This document shows positions 13,335 through 26,590 of a stretch of DNA of 64,000 nt, in pieces. The stretch spans positions 22,258,001-22,322,000 of the forward strand of contig OX597820.1 in the NCBI GenBank assembly GCA_951406725.2, in the 5' to 3' direction. Made by a program: the position numbers and the translations under genes. This DNA comes from Octopus vulgaris (taxonomy: Eukaryota). The notes beneath the pieces are model-generated. The model was not told where the DNA came from, ran no database searches, and saw nothing but the letters and a program-made list of their open reading frames with translations. Numbering within the stretch: the first letter of the stretch is position 1; every line of letters begins with the position of its first letter.

Positions 13335-14663
13335 ATATATATTTATATATATATATATATACATACATACATACACACACATACATACATATATATATAT
13401 ACACACACATACACTCACACATACACACATACACACACGCAATGAAACTTCTAAGCATGCACTAATTAATTCATCCACTAGTTTTTAGAACTTCAAATTT
13501 TTTTATTTTACTAAATGGTTAAAATTCCTTATTCAAAAATTCCTCAACCCAAAGACCTAATTAAAAGAACAAAGTGATATTTTCTCGAAGAGGACTAACT
13601 TAAATGCTTGTAATTCTACAAGTAAAATAAAATCTTGAGTAGACTTCTCTACATATATCAAATTCTCTCCCTCTCTTTCCTTCCTCTTTTCCTCTGCTTT
13701 CTCTCCTCCTCTACCTCTCTCTCTTTCTCTCTCTCTGTTCTTGTCTTTCTCTCTTTTAGCATTCTTCAATCTTTGAATAATAGGTCAAATATTTTTTTCC
13801 TTTTTAATCACTAAACATTTTTTTTTATTTATAGTAAGGTGTCAAATACTAGTCTTTTGTCTTGTTATGGTACATCTATATAACTGCTAAAATCTTTAGA
13901 TTGACAAAAAGCCAAATGCTTTTGTGTGAAAACCAATATCCTATTTCTGTTAGTGGCCACAATGAATCCATTGTTTTGCTGTGAGATTTGATTATGTTGA
14001 CGGATTCCAAACAGAACAAGCAACATAATACGTGTAATCTAACTGTAGTTAAACTGGCATTAACAGTTTAAACTACAGAAAATGTTTACTCCAACAAACG
14101 TTTGCAATTGTTAATGTCAGATTTAACATTTCTGAAGCAGGGCAATGGAGATAAATGCTGTAAAATGGAGATTACAGATAGCATCCAGATATCTAAACAT
14201 AGAATATTGATAAGTCAATAAATGAATAAAAACAACAACAAAAAAAAACATCAAAAACCTTACTATTTTCTTTGGACGGAGGATAGTAGAAAGCAATGTT
14301 ATTGCTTGCTATTCAGCCACTCTTACCAGTCTTAGCCAAGAAGATACGATATCATATATACAAGGAAATTCTCAAATGAAATGTGTTTTGGCTTTTATTC
14401 AGGACTATTATTGATATCATCTATTTTCTTTTTATTTTGTACTTGTTTCAGTTATTGGATTGTGTCCATATTGGGGGCACTGCCTTGAAAGGGTTTTGGC
14501 TGAAAGAATTGACTCCGGGAAGTACTTGGAGTCAATTCTTTAACACCAGTACGTACTTTTAGAGCTTGGTACTTATGGGGACGTAAACAAGCCAACAAGC
14601 AGTGTTGGGGGACAAACAAAAACATAAACACACACACACACACATACATGTGTATGTATGTAC

Positions 14664-14710
<47 letters not shown>

Positions 14711-15719
14711 CATGTATACATACATAAATATATGTATATATAAATATATATATATATATATGTATGTATGTATGTATATGTATATATGTGTATATATATG
14801 TGTGTATGAGTATGTATATATATATATATATATTTTATGACCAGGCTAACAGATGTTGCTACACATCGCTGGTCACAATGCGCTTTGCATTGTTTTAGCC
14901 TTCAAATGACGCCACCCCGCTGGCTAAGCTAGCAGGCCAACAGAAGTGAGAGAAAGTTGCGGTGAAAGAGTACAGCAAGGATTGCCACCCCACTGCCAGA
15001 GCCTCATGGAACTTTGGGTGGAGCCTCCACATGTGTATATAAATATATATACACACACAACGGGCTTCTTTCAGCTTCCAAGTTTATTCACAAGGCTTTG
15101 GTCAGCCCAGGGTTATAAAAGAAGACATTTGCCCAAGGTGCCACGTCATGGCACCTTGGGCAAATGTCTTCCTTTATCCAAAGAGGCAAAAGGCAAGATC
15201 AAATTCAGCTAAATTTGTACTCAGAACAGAAAGAGCCGGAAGAAATGCTGCTGAGCATTTTATCTGACATGCTGATTGTTTTGCTCACCGATTTAATAAT
15301 AATACTAATGAGAGAACTCAGCGAGCACAAACCTCTGCCAAGGCAACACCAATGATTAGCCAGAGATGATTTTTGAAATGGGAATATCTGAAATAAAGTC
15401 GACTGCTCTCACAAATGAGAATACTAAAAATGAAATCGAAATCAAATTCGATGACTGGCGTCTGTGCTAGTGGAGCGCTAAGAGCACCATCCAAGCGTGA
15501 TCGTTGCTAGAGCAACAAACTGGCTTCCGTGCCGGTGGGACACTAGTATGTGCAAATATCTAAAAAGAGGTAACTACTTGAGTAACTATTTAGAAAATCA
15601 TCATCATCATCATCATCGTTTAATGTCCGCTTTCCATGCTAGCATGGGTTGGACGATTTGACTGAGGACTGGTGAACCAGATCTGATCTTGATTTCCCCT
15701 AGTCTGATCTTGATTTCAT

Positions 15720-16415
15720 ATCATCATCATCATCATCGTTTAACGTCCGTTCTCCATGCTAGCATGGGTTGGACGATTTGACCGAGGACTGGTGAACCAG
15801 ATGGCTGCACCAGGCTCCAATCTGATCTGGCAGAGTTTCTACAGCTGGATGTCCTTCCTAACGCCAACCACTCCGAGAGTGTTGTGGGTGCTTTTACGTG
15901 CCACCAGCACGAGGGCCAGTCCGGTGGTACTGGCAACGGCCATGCTCAAATGGTGCTTTTTACATGTCATTTGCATGGGAGCCAGTCCAGCGGCACTGGC
16001 AACGACCTCACTCGAATGTTTTTTCAAGTGCCACCGACACAAGTGCCAGTAAAGCGACGCAGGTAATGATCACTCTCGAATTTTTCCTTTTTACGTACCA
16101 TCAGCACAGAAGCCAGTTTGCTGCTCTGGCAACGATCTCACTCATATGGTGCTCTTAGTACTCCACTAGCACAGATGCCAGTCATCGAATTTGACTTCGA
16201 TTTCACTTGCCTCAACAGGTCTTCACAAGCAGAGTTTAGTGTCCAATGAAGGAAAAGGTACGCATAAGTCGGCTGGTTACACCCCTGACGTAGGCCACTA
16301 GGTTATGGCCTCACTTGGCTTGCTGGGTCTTCTCAAGCACAGCATATTTCCAAAGGTCCCGGTCACTAGTCATTGCCTTGGTGAGGCCTAATGTTTGACG
16401 GTCATACTTCACCAC
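15720..16415 (-). mobile_element. RTE LINE 3' portion: ORF C-terminus plus ~590-bp 3' UTR with tandem modules and (GAT)n tail
   Basis: 16415-16311 (-) encodes VVKYDRQTLGLTKAMTSDRDLWKYAVLEKTQQAK*, an RTE-type LGL...DR..W C-terminus, continuous with the family C repeat. Confidence 0.85.
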
Positions 16416-17260
16416 AAACCACTGTGCAAAATTAACCTCTATTTAATTAAAATATTCCAGTTTTTTTTGTTTGTCTTTTTTTCTGGGGGGGATGGGGCAG
16501 GGTTGCAAGACAGTTGGAGGCATTTGTAAAATCCCACATGGTAAAAAGAGTCACTAAATTACAAAAGGCAGAGTACCAATGTTATAGTATAGGCTTCACC
16601 AAGGAGATCTAATAATATTGAAACGTCTGTCGCTTTCAACAGTCGATTTAAAAGCTGCATACATTCCAGTTGAAATTCCATTGTAAAACACCGATCTGCC
16701 CTATAGGAGTTACCTCCCTTGTTTGTTATTTGCAAGTTTTGAACACCCCCAGAGGGAGTTTCTCTTTACTAATTGCTTGGATAATCTCAGCTGATCGAAG
16801 TTTTCAGTTGACCATATTACATATGCATGATTCATCTAATTTTGTATTTCGCACTCAGAACACTCCCCTGAGTTAATTTTGCTCGGTCGTGTTATTTGCA
16901 AAGATGAATGAGTTGAGGGCCAAGTCAGCTGTGATTCAGCAGCCGTAAGGCCAAAGACGTTCCAACTATGACTATTCCGACATATTTTCAGACACAAAAT
17001 ATCTAGGGTTTATTTAAGGTGTCCTTTCTTTTTAAAACAGGAAGGCGTGTTTTCAATGAGATTTAGCTTTTATTTCTAGCAGACTGCACGATCCCATCGA
17101 GGTTCTATTCATTGGTTCGTGTACAGCTGTTGTTGTTTAACCCCAGGTCAGTTCGAGCAGACCAATGATCAAAATCGCTGCAGCTTTGACCACAGCGCTT
17201 CTTTGTATAACCAATGCTGAAGTATCCGATGTATCCTTTTTTTTTTTTTTTTTGTTTCAA

Positions 17261-17490
17261 AGGCGGCGAGCTGGCAGAATCGTTAGCACGCCGGGCGAAA
17301 TGCGTAGCCGTATTTCGTCTGCCGTTACGTTCTGAGTTCAAATTCCACCGAGGTCGACTTTGCTTTTTAGCCTTTCGGGGTCGATAAATTAAGTACCAGT
17401 TGCGCACTGGGTCGATGTAATAGACTTAATCCGTTTGTCTGTCCTTGTTTGTCCCCTCTGTGTTTAGCCCCTTGTGGGTAGTAAAGAAAT
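17261..17490 (+). mobile_element. SINE family B, full length
   Basis: Matches the other B copies. Flanked by similar tatcct-(t)n-gttt sequences (TSD-like). Confidence 0.9.
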
Positions 17491-18109
17491 ATATCCTATT
17501 TTTTTTTTGTTTTTGAAGACGATACAGCGTGATTTAAGGGAGAATTTTTCCTTCTTATTTGGGAAGTTTATTTGCAGGGAAAAGGTTTTATTTTCAGTGA
17601 AAAAGAGTTTACGGAAATTAACAGTAAGCAAATTAAGAGAGAAAAACAAAATAAAAACCAGTAAATAATCAAATAAATAATCAAAATAGAAATTTACGCT
17701 ACCACCCCTTACATCTCACCTGAGGAAACTGGAGTTCTCAAACAATTTTCCTTCAGGTGGGGGTATGGTAACTTGACTGCTATTTCTAGCAAATCAAGCG
17801 CCTTCGTTAGCAATGAGGCTCCTCGTTTGGCAGACAAGTAGAACGAAAGAAAGAAAAAGTAGATAAGTGAATACAGAAATAACGAGATAGAGAGGAAAGT
17901 ACTGTAGATCAGCGATCTGAACCCTCTACTAGCGATATTGCTTTGATAAAAAAAAATATATATGTGATGTGTCAATCGATCGATGATAGTCTAAAGTAGA
18001 ACAAACAAAAATTAGAGCATATAACTACAACACCTAACAACACAAACAAACATATGGCTTTATAATCATACACAGATACAAAACGATTAATAAACTTGAT
18101 TTTAAAATG

Positions 18110-19035
18110 TTTCTAACACAGGCGCCGCTGCACAGGGGTACAAATTTTGGGGCAGGGGATTAATCGATATTATTGATTAGTACTTGATAGACCCCGAAGT
18201 TATGAAAGGCAGGAATTGAACACAATATGTAAAGAATTGTTACTAAGACTCCGACAATTCAGTTAACCTGCTACCCTTAATTGTTCCTAATATAGGCACA
18301 AGGTCTGCAATTACGTGAGGATAAGGGATTAATCGATTAATTCGGTCCTAGTACTTGACTGGTACGGACAAAAAGCAACGCTGACTTCGACAAAATTCGA
18401 ACTGAGAACGTTAAAAGCCGGCAGAAATACCGCAAGGAATTTTGTCGAGTGTTCTAACAATTTTACTAAATGCACCACCACTTATAATGGCTTCTAATTT
18501 AGGCACACAGCCAGAAAATTTGAGGGAACCTAAATCGATACTATTGATTACAATAATTGATTGGCATTCATTGTATAAACTCCGGATGGACGAAAGGTTA
18601 AACTAACCTCGGCAAGATTTGAACACAGATCGTAAACGGTCAGTAGAAATACAGCAAGACATTTTGTCTGAGATTAAGCATAAGGTCAGTAATTTTGAAG
18701 GAGGAGGAGATTAATCGATTATATCCATCTCAATACTTGACAGGTACTTTATTCCATCGAACCCAGATGAACGAAAGGCGGAGCTGACCTCTCCAAGATT
18801 TGAACCCAGGACGTTAAGAGCCGACGCTCAAATAATTCTTTTTGATTTAGACACAAGGGCTGAAATTTTGGGAGTGGAGTCTACTCGGATAGTACTTATT
18901 TCATCGACCCCAAAAGGCTGAAAGGGAAAGTCGACTCGTTGGCATTTGAACCCAAAACGTAAAGAGCCAGAGGAAATGTCGCTAAGCATTTTGTCCGTCG
19001 TGTGCTAACGATTCTGCCAGTTCGCCGTCTTTCAA
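18110..19035 (-). mobile_element. Head-to-tail cluster of ~5-6 old SINE B copies
   Basis: Recurrent ggcacaagg...aattt...ttaatcgat...gtactt...gaaaggc...tttgaac blocks. Confidence 0.7.
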
Positions 19036-19819
19036 CACCCTAATAATAATAATAATAAAGCTTTTTTATCGATCACTTCTCAATACGAAGGCATCAAAAT
19101 AAATAATAATAATAATAATTGTTTCTTTATTACCCACAAGGGGCTAAACATAGAGGGGACAAACAAGGACAGACAAACGGATTAAGTCGATTACATCGAC
19201 CCCAGTGCGTAACTGGTACTATTATAATAATTGATATTATTATTATTATTGTTATTGTTATTATTATTATTATTATATCAAGGCATAATTTCTTTCATTC
19301 GCATTCTCCAATCTCATTAAAACATTCGCGTACAGTTTACTCAGATTCACAATTTGCACAAAACAACACTGCAGTCACATAACAACACCAACAACAACAT
19401 CAACACCACCACCAACAACAACAACAACAACAATAATGATAATAACAATAATACACAACTAAAAAAAGCCCACACTAATTTCTTGTATAGGAGAGGAGTG
19501 TGAGGAGATCGCAATACGCCACTTACTCACTAGTGACTACTTACTTACTAGTCACTTATTTAATTACACTGAGCTCAACGTATGGGCTCTTGTATATATA
19601 AATATATTTATACAACATATATATATATATGTTTTACTTAGATAAAGCTGAAGGGTGAAAACTACGTTTTCTATTTTAGTTTTTTTCTTTTTAAGACAGC
19701 TTACCCTCTTTTGGAATCAATGATGGAGTTAAGTCATAAGTGTGTGTACATATGAGAGGCTGTGTTTGGTTTGTTTCGCCCCAACAACAAACATAAACTT
19801 TCTCTCTCTTTCTCCACAG

Positions 19820-19880
19820 AGACACGGCACGGTAACAAACCATGCCAGAAGCAAATCGGTTTTCATATCTGAGACTTTGA
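19820..19880 (+). other. Candidate short 5'-UTR exon with a 12-aa uORF
   Basis: ttttctctctctttctccacag|agacacgg...gagactttga|gtaagt: consensus acceptor and donor in non-repetitive DNA. ATG 19842 to TGA 19880 (MPEANRFSYLRL*). Confidence 0.45.
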
Positions 19881-20047
19881 GTAAGTAAATGGCTCTTAAT
19901 TTATATTTTGCTATCGTTTAATCATCTCTTCTTTCTTTCTTTCTTCACGTCGACAACACTTAAATATATAATGAATGGCTTTGAAAAATACATCACTGAA
20001 ATAATATTTACGAGTGTTATTAAATGATTATAACTTCATTATGAAAA

Positions 20048-20097
<50 letters not shown>

Positions 20098-20310
20098 CAT
20101 CACTGTCCTTGTAATGTCCCCTCAAGTGATGCCCCTCTGGCAAATACAAGAAATCATCATCTTTATTATTATTTGGCTTGTTTGTTTGTTTATATTCTAT
20201 CTTTATGTTTGTTTTATGATGTATTTATTCTATCTTTATGTTTGCTTTCGATGTATTTATTTACTAAGTTGTGGTATAGAAAAGTTACAACTATGACGCT
20301 CAGCCTTCTT

Positions 20311-20344
<34 letters not shown>

Positions 20345-21639
20345 TTTTCATATTTGCATGTTCAGAGCAGCATTTTAGTTGACTATATATATATATATAT
20401 ATCCATTTAAGGGTTCATCGTACTAGAGGTCAATTATTATTGCTGACATATATATAGTCCCCTCTTAAAATATTGTACTCATCCAGCTAGGAATTAAGTT
20501 TGTTACTTTTGAACGTGACCTTCTTTTCTTAGTAAATATTTATTTGTTCACGTGTGTATATAAAGACAGAGAGATAGATATTGATGCACGGGGTGTGTTG
20601 TAAAAGTATGCCCAGACCCTTTTCACACGCACACACACGATATACATATAGAGACATATACACACTCATGCAGACAAGCGAACACACACAATATATATAT
20701 ATGGACACATACACACCCATACAGACACGCAAACACATACACACACACTGACTTTGGTAAGTGCCAAGTGCCATGCTCGAAAATCTCGACCCTTGCCTTA
20801 TTTTGTAACTTCTGCCCCCATTAAAAATTCCCAAAGTATATACATACATACATACATATATATATACACACACATATACACATTTATCCTGTTTGCTGTG
20901 CTAGATCACACACACACATGTATATAGGCCAAATAATTGTTTCTTTAAGACATGTTTCGTTCAATTATTAACATACTTAAAAATATGCATTTGTGTACTT
21001 TTCAACATGAGGTTCACAATACCCGTTATTGGCTGTTCAGAAGTTTGTTTAATATTCTCTTTTCTTCTCTACTTACTTTGTCGACACCAAAAAAAATCAA
21101 TGAAAATATTCTTTGATGTCGATCACTAACAGAGATCTTCACTACAACAAACCTCCCACTTAGCTTTATTATTTTTTTTTATTATTTTCACTTAATCTTT
21201 GTTGTTAAAAATCACTGACAGTTGCTTTTGATTAACCACAGGTCAATTTTAATTAAACATCTTATAAACCAAATGACACACCGACTCTTTATTTAGCTGG
21301 GTTGTTTGTAGCACTAAATATAAAGCCACAATGTTTTCTAAATTAAGACCGGAGGGGGGGATGTATTTTGAAAGAAATTAGGCTGTACTTCTTTTATGGG
21401 AAGTTGGGGAGCAAACACGCTGGTTTGTTTCAATAGTAGTTAAAAAAAGAACCAGATAATGCTTAGATTGTTTATTCACAATGTCTTATTTTTGTTTCTC
21501 CTTCCATCTCCCTCTGCATGGTGTTTCTATATTTCCTTTTTTGTTCTTAACTTTATCTCAGCTACTTCCTGTTCGTTCTTGTCTTTGTTTTAAAACTTAA
21601 GTCAGTGGGTGTATATGTCTGGCATGCTACATTCATTAG

Positions 21640-22095
21640 GTGTACACACGTACACGTATATATACGCACATACACACACACATACATGTATGTATGTATG
21701 CACACATCGCCACCATTAGGTGTACACACGTACACGTATATATACGCACTCAAACATACATGTATGTATGCACACATCGCCACTAGAGAAAACCCCTCAT
21801 TGTGGTCGGTTGATCTGCTAGAAATAGCAGCCAAATTTACATCAAATCATACTTTATCGTCTTAAAAATTTAAAAGACAACACTGAATACTGTCATTGTG
21901 TACACACACGTAGACATATATACGCACATACACAGACACAATACGCACACACACACACACATGTATGTATACACACATCGCCACAAGAGAAAACCTTCAT
22001 TGTGGTCGGTTGATCTGCTAGAAATAGCAGCCAAATTTACATCAAATCATATTTCATCGTCTTAAAAATTTAAAAGACAACACTGCATACTGTAA
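21640..22095. repeat. Local tandem duplication (~200-bp period)
   Basis: 21771-21893 is nearly identical to 21972-22093. gtgtacacacgtacacgtatatatacgcac occurs at 21640 and 21720, with a variant at 21898. Confidence 0.85.
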
Positions 22096-22814
22096 TCGTG
22101 GGTTCTTTACATACAAGAAAAAGACAGGATGGTTGTGGTTGGAACGCCTTTGCCTTTGATTGATCATAAGGTCTATCGATCAGAGCTGACCTAGGGCTAA
22201 ACAATACACGCATGCATATATGATGTGTGTATGTGTAAATGTCGAACGACGAGAAATGGTGCTCAACGCCGCTTTGGTGCTTAAAATTTCTTTATTTGTA
22301 TATTAAGGCTTAATATGAAACCAATGGTAACTTTATACACACACAAACAACAAGCGAAATTGCTTGGTTGTTTTAGCAAGTTAGAAATTTAATTAAATCA
22401 ACTTCACAATCGGCTTCGTACATAACTATTAATTTTTTTTTCGGGTTATTTAAAATTTCTAACAAGTTTTAAGCGATAAAAAGAAAAAAAGAATATTATT
22501 TTCACTGCATATTGAGATTATTTCGCTAATTTTTCTCTTTACATCAGCCTTTGAATCGTTAGAAACAATATCAAATAGGTTATCAGTAAGTTTTAGTAAT
22601 TTCGCTATAGAACAGCTGTTCTTTGTCGACTTGGCTTCATTTCCTCTTTCACTCTGTAATATATCAGCCAATCTTTAAAAGCAACTGTCATCTATTTTAT
22701 GATATATTTACTACTTTTTAGAGGCAGTTTTACTCCTTTCTATTTTCCCCTTTAAAAATTTTAGCGCCATCTGGAAGACTTCTAATGTGAGAATATGTAT
22801 GTTTGTATATGTGT

Positions 22815-23170
22815 TGTGTGACTGTGTAGTGAGAAGTTTGCTTTCCAACCACATGGTTTCGGGTTCAGTCCCACTGCATGGCACTTTGGGCAACTGTTGT
22901 CTTACTATAGCTTCGAACCTACCGAAATCTTTTAAGTGGATTTTGATAGTTGGAAAGTCTTTCATATATGTGTGTACGTGTATATGTGTTTGTCCACCAC
23001 CTTCGCTTGACAACTGGTGTGGGTCTGTTTACATCCCCATAAACTAGCGGTTCAGCAAAAGAGACCGATTGAATAGGTACCAGACTTCTTTTTAAGTGAA
23101 AAAAAGTGCTGGGGGTCAATTAAACTCTTGGTGGTGCCCCAGCATGACCGCAGTCCAATGACTGGAAGAA
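22815..23170 (+). mobile_element. SINE family A, diverged
   Basis: Head ctgtgtagtgagaagtttgc...ggttcagtccc and tail ggtggtgccccagcatgaccgcagtc. Confidence 0.8.
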
Positions 23171-23774
23171 ATTAATGGAATGATATTAAATAAATATAGT
23201 TACTAGATGAAAAGCAAAATATAGATGTTAAGTGGATATAAAGAAAAAACATTTGTTTGTTTTTTAATGTTTTGCGTAGATTTGTTTATTTCTAACACGC
23301 TTCACTTTTAATATTGAGAAATTGTCAGCTTGTTTTGACGTTTTGTTTTGATGAACGAAAAAAAAAATGTTGACTAAATTCTCTGTTACTACTACCATCA
23401 CTACGCAAGTCATTCATGTTGAAGGATTTGTGGCTCGCTAGTTAGTCTGGGGATGACGGCATAGTCCCCTTCCTACTGTAATCTGATACCTAAAATCACA
23501 AACAGGGGATTTTGGCCAGTGCCTCATGCTCAGACTTTAAACAGACTGCAACGTCTCTCTATATATTATATATATATATATATATAAAAAAATACTACTT
23601 TCAAGCGACGGCATTATTGTCACTAGCAGTGATAGAAATAGGGGTGGATACGCAGAGGTGAGGTACAGCGCTCCCCTACTTTCAGCTCAAGGAGAGGGGA
23701 GTCAGTGGTGTCTGCTCCTCACCGTCTCAGTCTGGGTTTCTTGGGCTTTAACGTACCCCTAACTTTTAATATTC

Positions 23775-24315
23775 ATTTTTAGGTGGAATTGTGGTTTAAG
23801 CTTCCCATATAAAACAGGCGTAACTTTTTCAGTTTTGGAAATTTCTGAAGTTTTTTTGCGATTGTATGTTCTACACACGGGAATTCATACGATTACGAAA
23901 AAAAAAAGAAAAAAATTTTGTCTGCTTTAAGGGCGATTTAGCTGTTGCTTTTAGCACATCTCACGACCACCTGATACCTTCCATATTTCTTTGTCATTTT
24001 GACATGTATTGATGTTTTTCAATATGTTTCTCCTCATGAACACATTGTATGTAATGATGATGCACCCAAGAGCAATCTCTTGCTGGAATTTAAGCAAAAA
24101 CTTCTGATTCTTTTTTTTTTAATTTGAAAAAGAGTAGAACTTTGAGGATTTATGGGGGGTGGGGATCAAAAAAAGGTTGGGTTATTTTTTCATAATCTTA
24201 TGATTCTTGTGTGTAGTACACAAATTCACAAACATTTTCTGAAAATTCCAAAAAATAGAAAAGGCTATGAGGGGTTTATGGGGTCCTTAAAACCAGAATT
24301 CTGCCCATTTTTATT
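23775..24315. mobile_element. Old non-autonomous DNA transposon with long diverged TIRs
   Basis: 23775-23905 aligns by eye to the reverse complement of 24185-24315 (ctacacacgggaattcatacgattacgaaaaaa vs ctacacacaagaatcataagattatgaaaaaa). Confidence 0.6.
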
Positions 24316-24835
24316 ACAGGTCATGATATTGTAAACATTTGAAATATTGTTTTGTTTTTTTTTCATTTTACAACCATAAATATTTGTCTGTTTCTTTTCC
24401 ACATATCTCCACTCACAAATTTGCAGCTGTTTGAAATAAGAGCTTTCGTGGTTGACACAAGGATTTTTGTTTGTACTCAAGTTTCTTCGTTCTAGTTTCT
24501 ACATTCAAATCTCGCTTATGTTGACATTCATTTTCGTCCCTTTCTTGTTTGTTGATTCAATCAACAGTAACCTCTCCCCCTCAAAATATACGCCTTTGTG
24601 CTTCTATTAGAAATCAATTTTGTTTGGAACAACGAGGAAGTCTTAACAATTATGGTACTGCTCGTGGGAATAATACATGAATAACAATTATTCTTTCTCT
24701 GTGTACTAAGTTCAAGTCCTACTGATGTCAACTTTGCTGTTAATCATTTCACAATTAATAAAATAAGGTACCAGTCAATTGCAGAAATGAAATAAAATGT
24801 AATTGATCGTAGATCATATCACTATCATCATTTAA

Positions 24836-25448
24836 CCATTTTGTTGCTATATTTTTGTTAAGATGCTCTGTTTCTTTCAATTAAACTATATATATAAAGC
24901 TGAAGTTGTCTGTGTGTGGCAGGTTTGGTAGTCTTCAACTAACACTATCTCCTCTGAGACCCTGCGGCGGAAGTTGACCAAAATTAAGAGTATGATAGAA
25001 GGCTTGCTCTTCATTCCAAAGAAGATAAAATTCAAATCAGACCATGTTAACACCAAAAATTATTAACATCAAAAAGATGCTTCTTTTCTATGAAAATCCC
25101 TATTTTTTACGATTTTTTTACTACAGTGTCGCCATTTTTCAGTGTATTTCGACCAGAAAAATGTTCACTTAAAGAGAATAACAAGCTACATAATTCAAGA
25201 TTTTTACTTTTCAAAAATTCCAATTCTAAAGGGTCAAAAAGAAAACAAACCTGAGCAACGCTGGGCTATAGTGCTAGTTTTAAATATAACAAAGAATTTA
25301 ATAAAATAACCTAGTTATCGTTAAGCTAGTGTTAGGAACATAAATTGTGACTAAGGTTTGGTGGAAGATTTTAATTCAGAACTTTTGAAAACAAGACAGT
25401 TGTACTACAGAGCCAGATGCGGTTTCAGATGGGTTGGTATCAAAAGAG
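24836..25448 (+). mobile_element. piggyBac-type MITE interrupted by a Helitron
   Basis: TTAA-ccattttg ... caaaagag-TTAA. A related uninterrupted 5' fragment lies at 57636-57701. Confidence 0.6.
24885..25277 (+). mobile_element. Non-autonomous Helitron
   Basis: 5' actatatatataaagc. 3' hairpin cctgagcaacgctggg followed by CTAG|T. No TSD, inserted at an A|T. Confidence 0.8.
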
Positions 25449-26204
25449 TTAATATCCACTTTTTTTATACTTACATGGATCAGATGGAATTTGTCAAGGC
25501 AATTTTTTTACAGCCAGATGCCCCTCCTGTCAGCAACCCTCACTTGTTTCCCAGCAATGGTAATATTTTCCACTGGCCAGACATGTTCTCACAGAATACT
25601 GAAAGGAACGATACAATTTGTATGATAGTAACAACCACTTTGCAGCTACCATGCAATGTCATGGAACATAAAGACACAAACTTACACACATACACTCACA
25701 TATGTATATGGCATGGTTGTGTGGTAATAAGTTTGCTTCCCAACCACATGGTTCCAGGTTCAGTACCACTGTGTAGTAATTTGGCCAAGTGTCTTCTACT
25801 ATAGCCTCGATCCAAGTGGATTTGGTAGATGGAAACTGAAGTATTGTTCTCAAGGCAGTACCACACCTTAGTCACAATCTCATGATTGAAACAAGTAAAA
25901 GATAATAAATAAATACACACACATGCACGTGTGTGTGTGTGTATATATGTGTGTGTGTTTGAAAGTGCACTACTAGCATAGTGAATGGGGGAAAGCTTGG
26001 TTTGCAATGTTTGTAGTCGTGTATGCTTGTCAAGAGCAGGGCTCGTTAGCCACCACCGGAGGCGCAAATGCAAAATATAAGTTAATCCTAGAACGCACAA
26101 TGTTCCTGAAAGTCAGCAATGGTCTTCCTCGATCACAAGTGTGCGGCCATCATATATACACACACAGAAGCTTCTTTCAGTTTCTGTTTACCAAATTCAC
26201 TCAT

Positions 26205-26590
26205 GGCTGTGTGGTAAGTAGCTTGCTTACCAACCACATGGTTCCGGGTTCAGTCCCACTGCGTGGCACCTTCAGCAATTGTCTTCTACTATAGCCTCGG
26301 GCCAATCAAAGCCTTGTGAGTGGATTTGGTAAATGGAAACTGAAAGAAGCCCATCGTATATATATATATATGAGTGTGTGTGTGTGTGTGTGTCTGTGTT
26401 TGTTCCCCCAACATCGCTTGACAACCGATGCTGGTGTGTTTACGTCCCCGTAACTTAGCGACTCGGCAAAAGAGACCGATAGAATAAGTACTAGGCTTAC
26501 AAAGAATAAGTCCTGGGGTTGATTTGCTCGACTAAAGGCGGTGCTCCAGCATGGCTACAGACACATGACTGAAACAAGTAAAAGAGTAAA
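26205..26590 (+). mobile_element. SINE family A, full length
   Basis: tRNA-like head (tggtaag..., ggttcagtccc), internal (TA)/(TG) tract, tail ggcggtgctccagcatggc...gactgaaacaagtaaaagag. Confidence 0.9.

Noticed and set aside
23639-23761. GC-rich island with taggggt / accccta ends, possible MITE
   Set aside because: Only 7 bp of TIR and no TSD.
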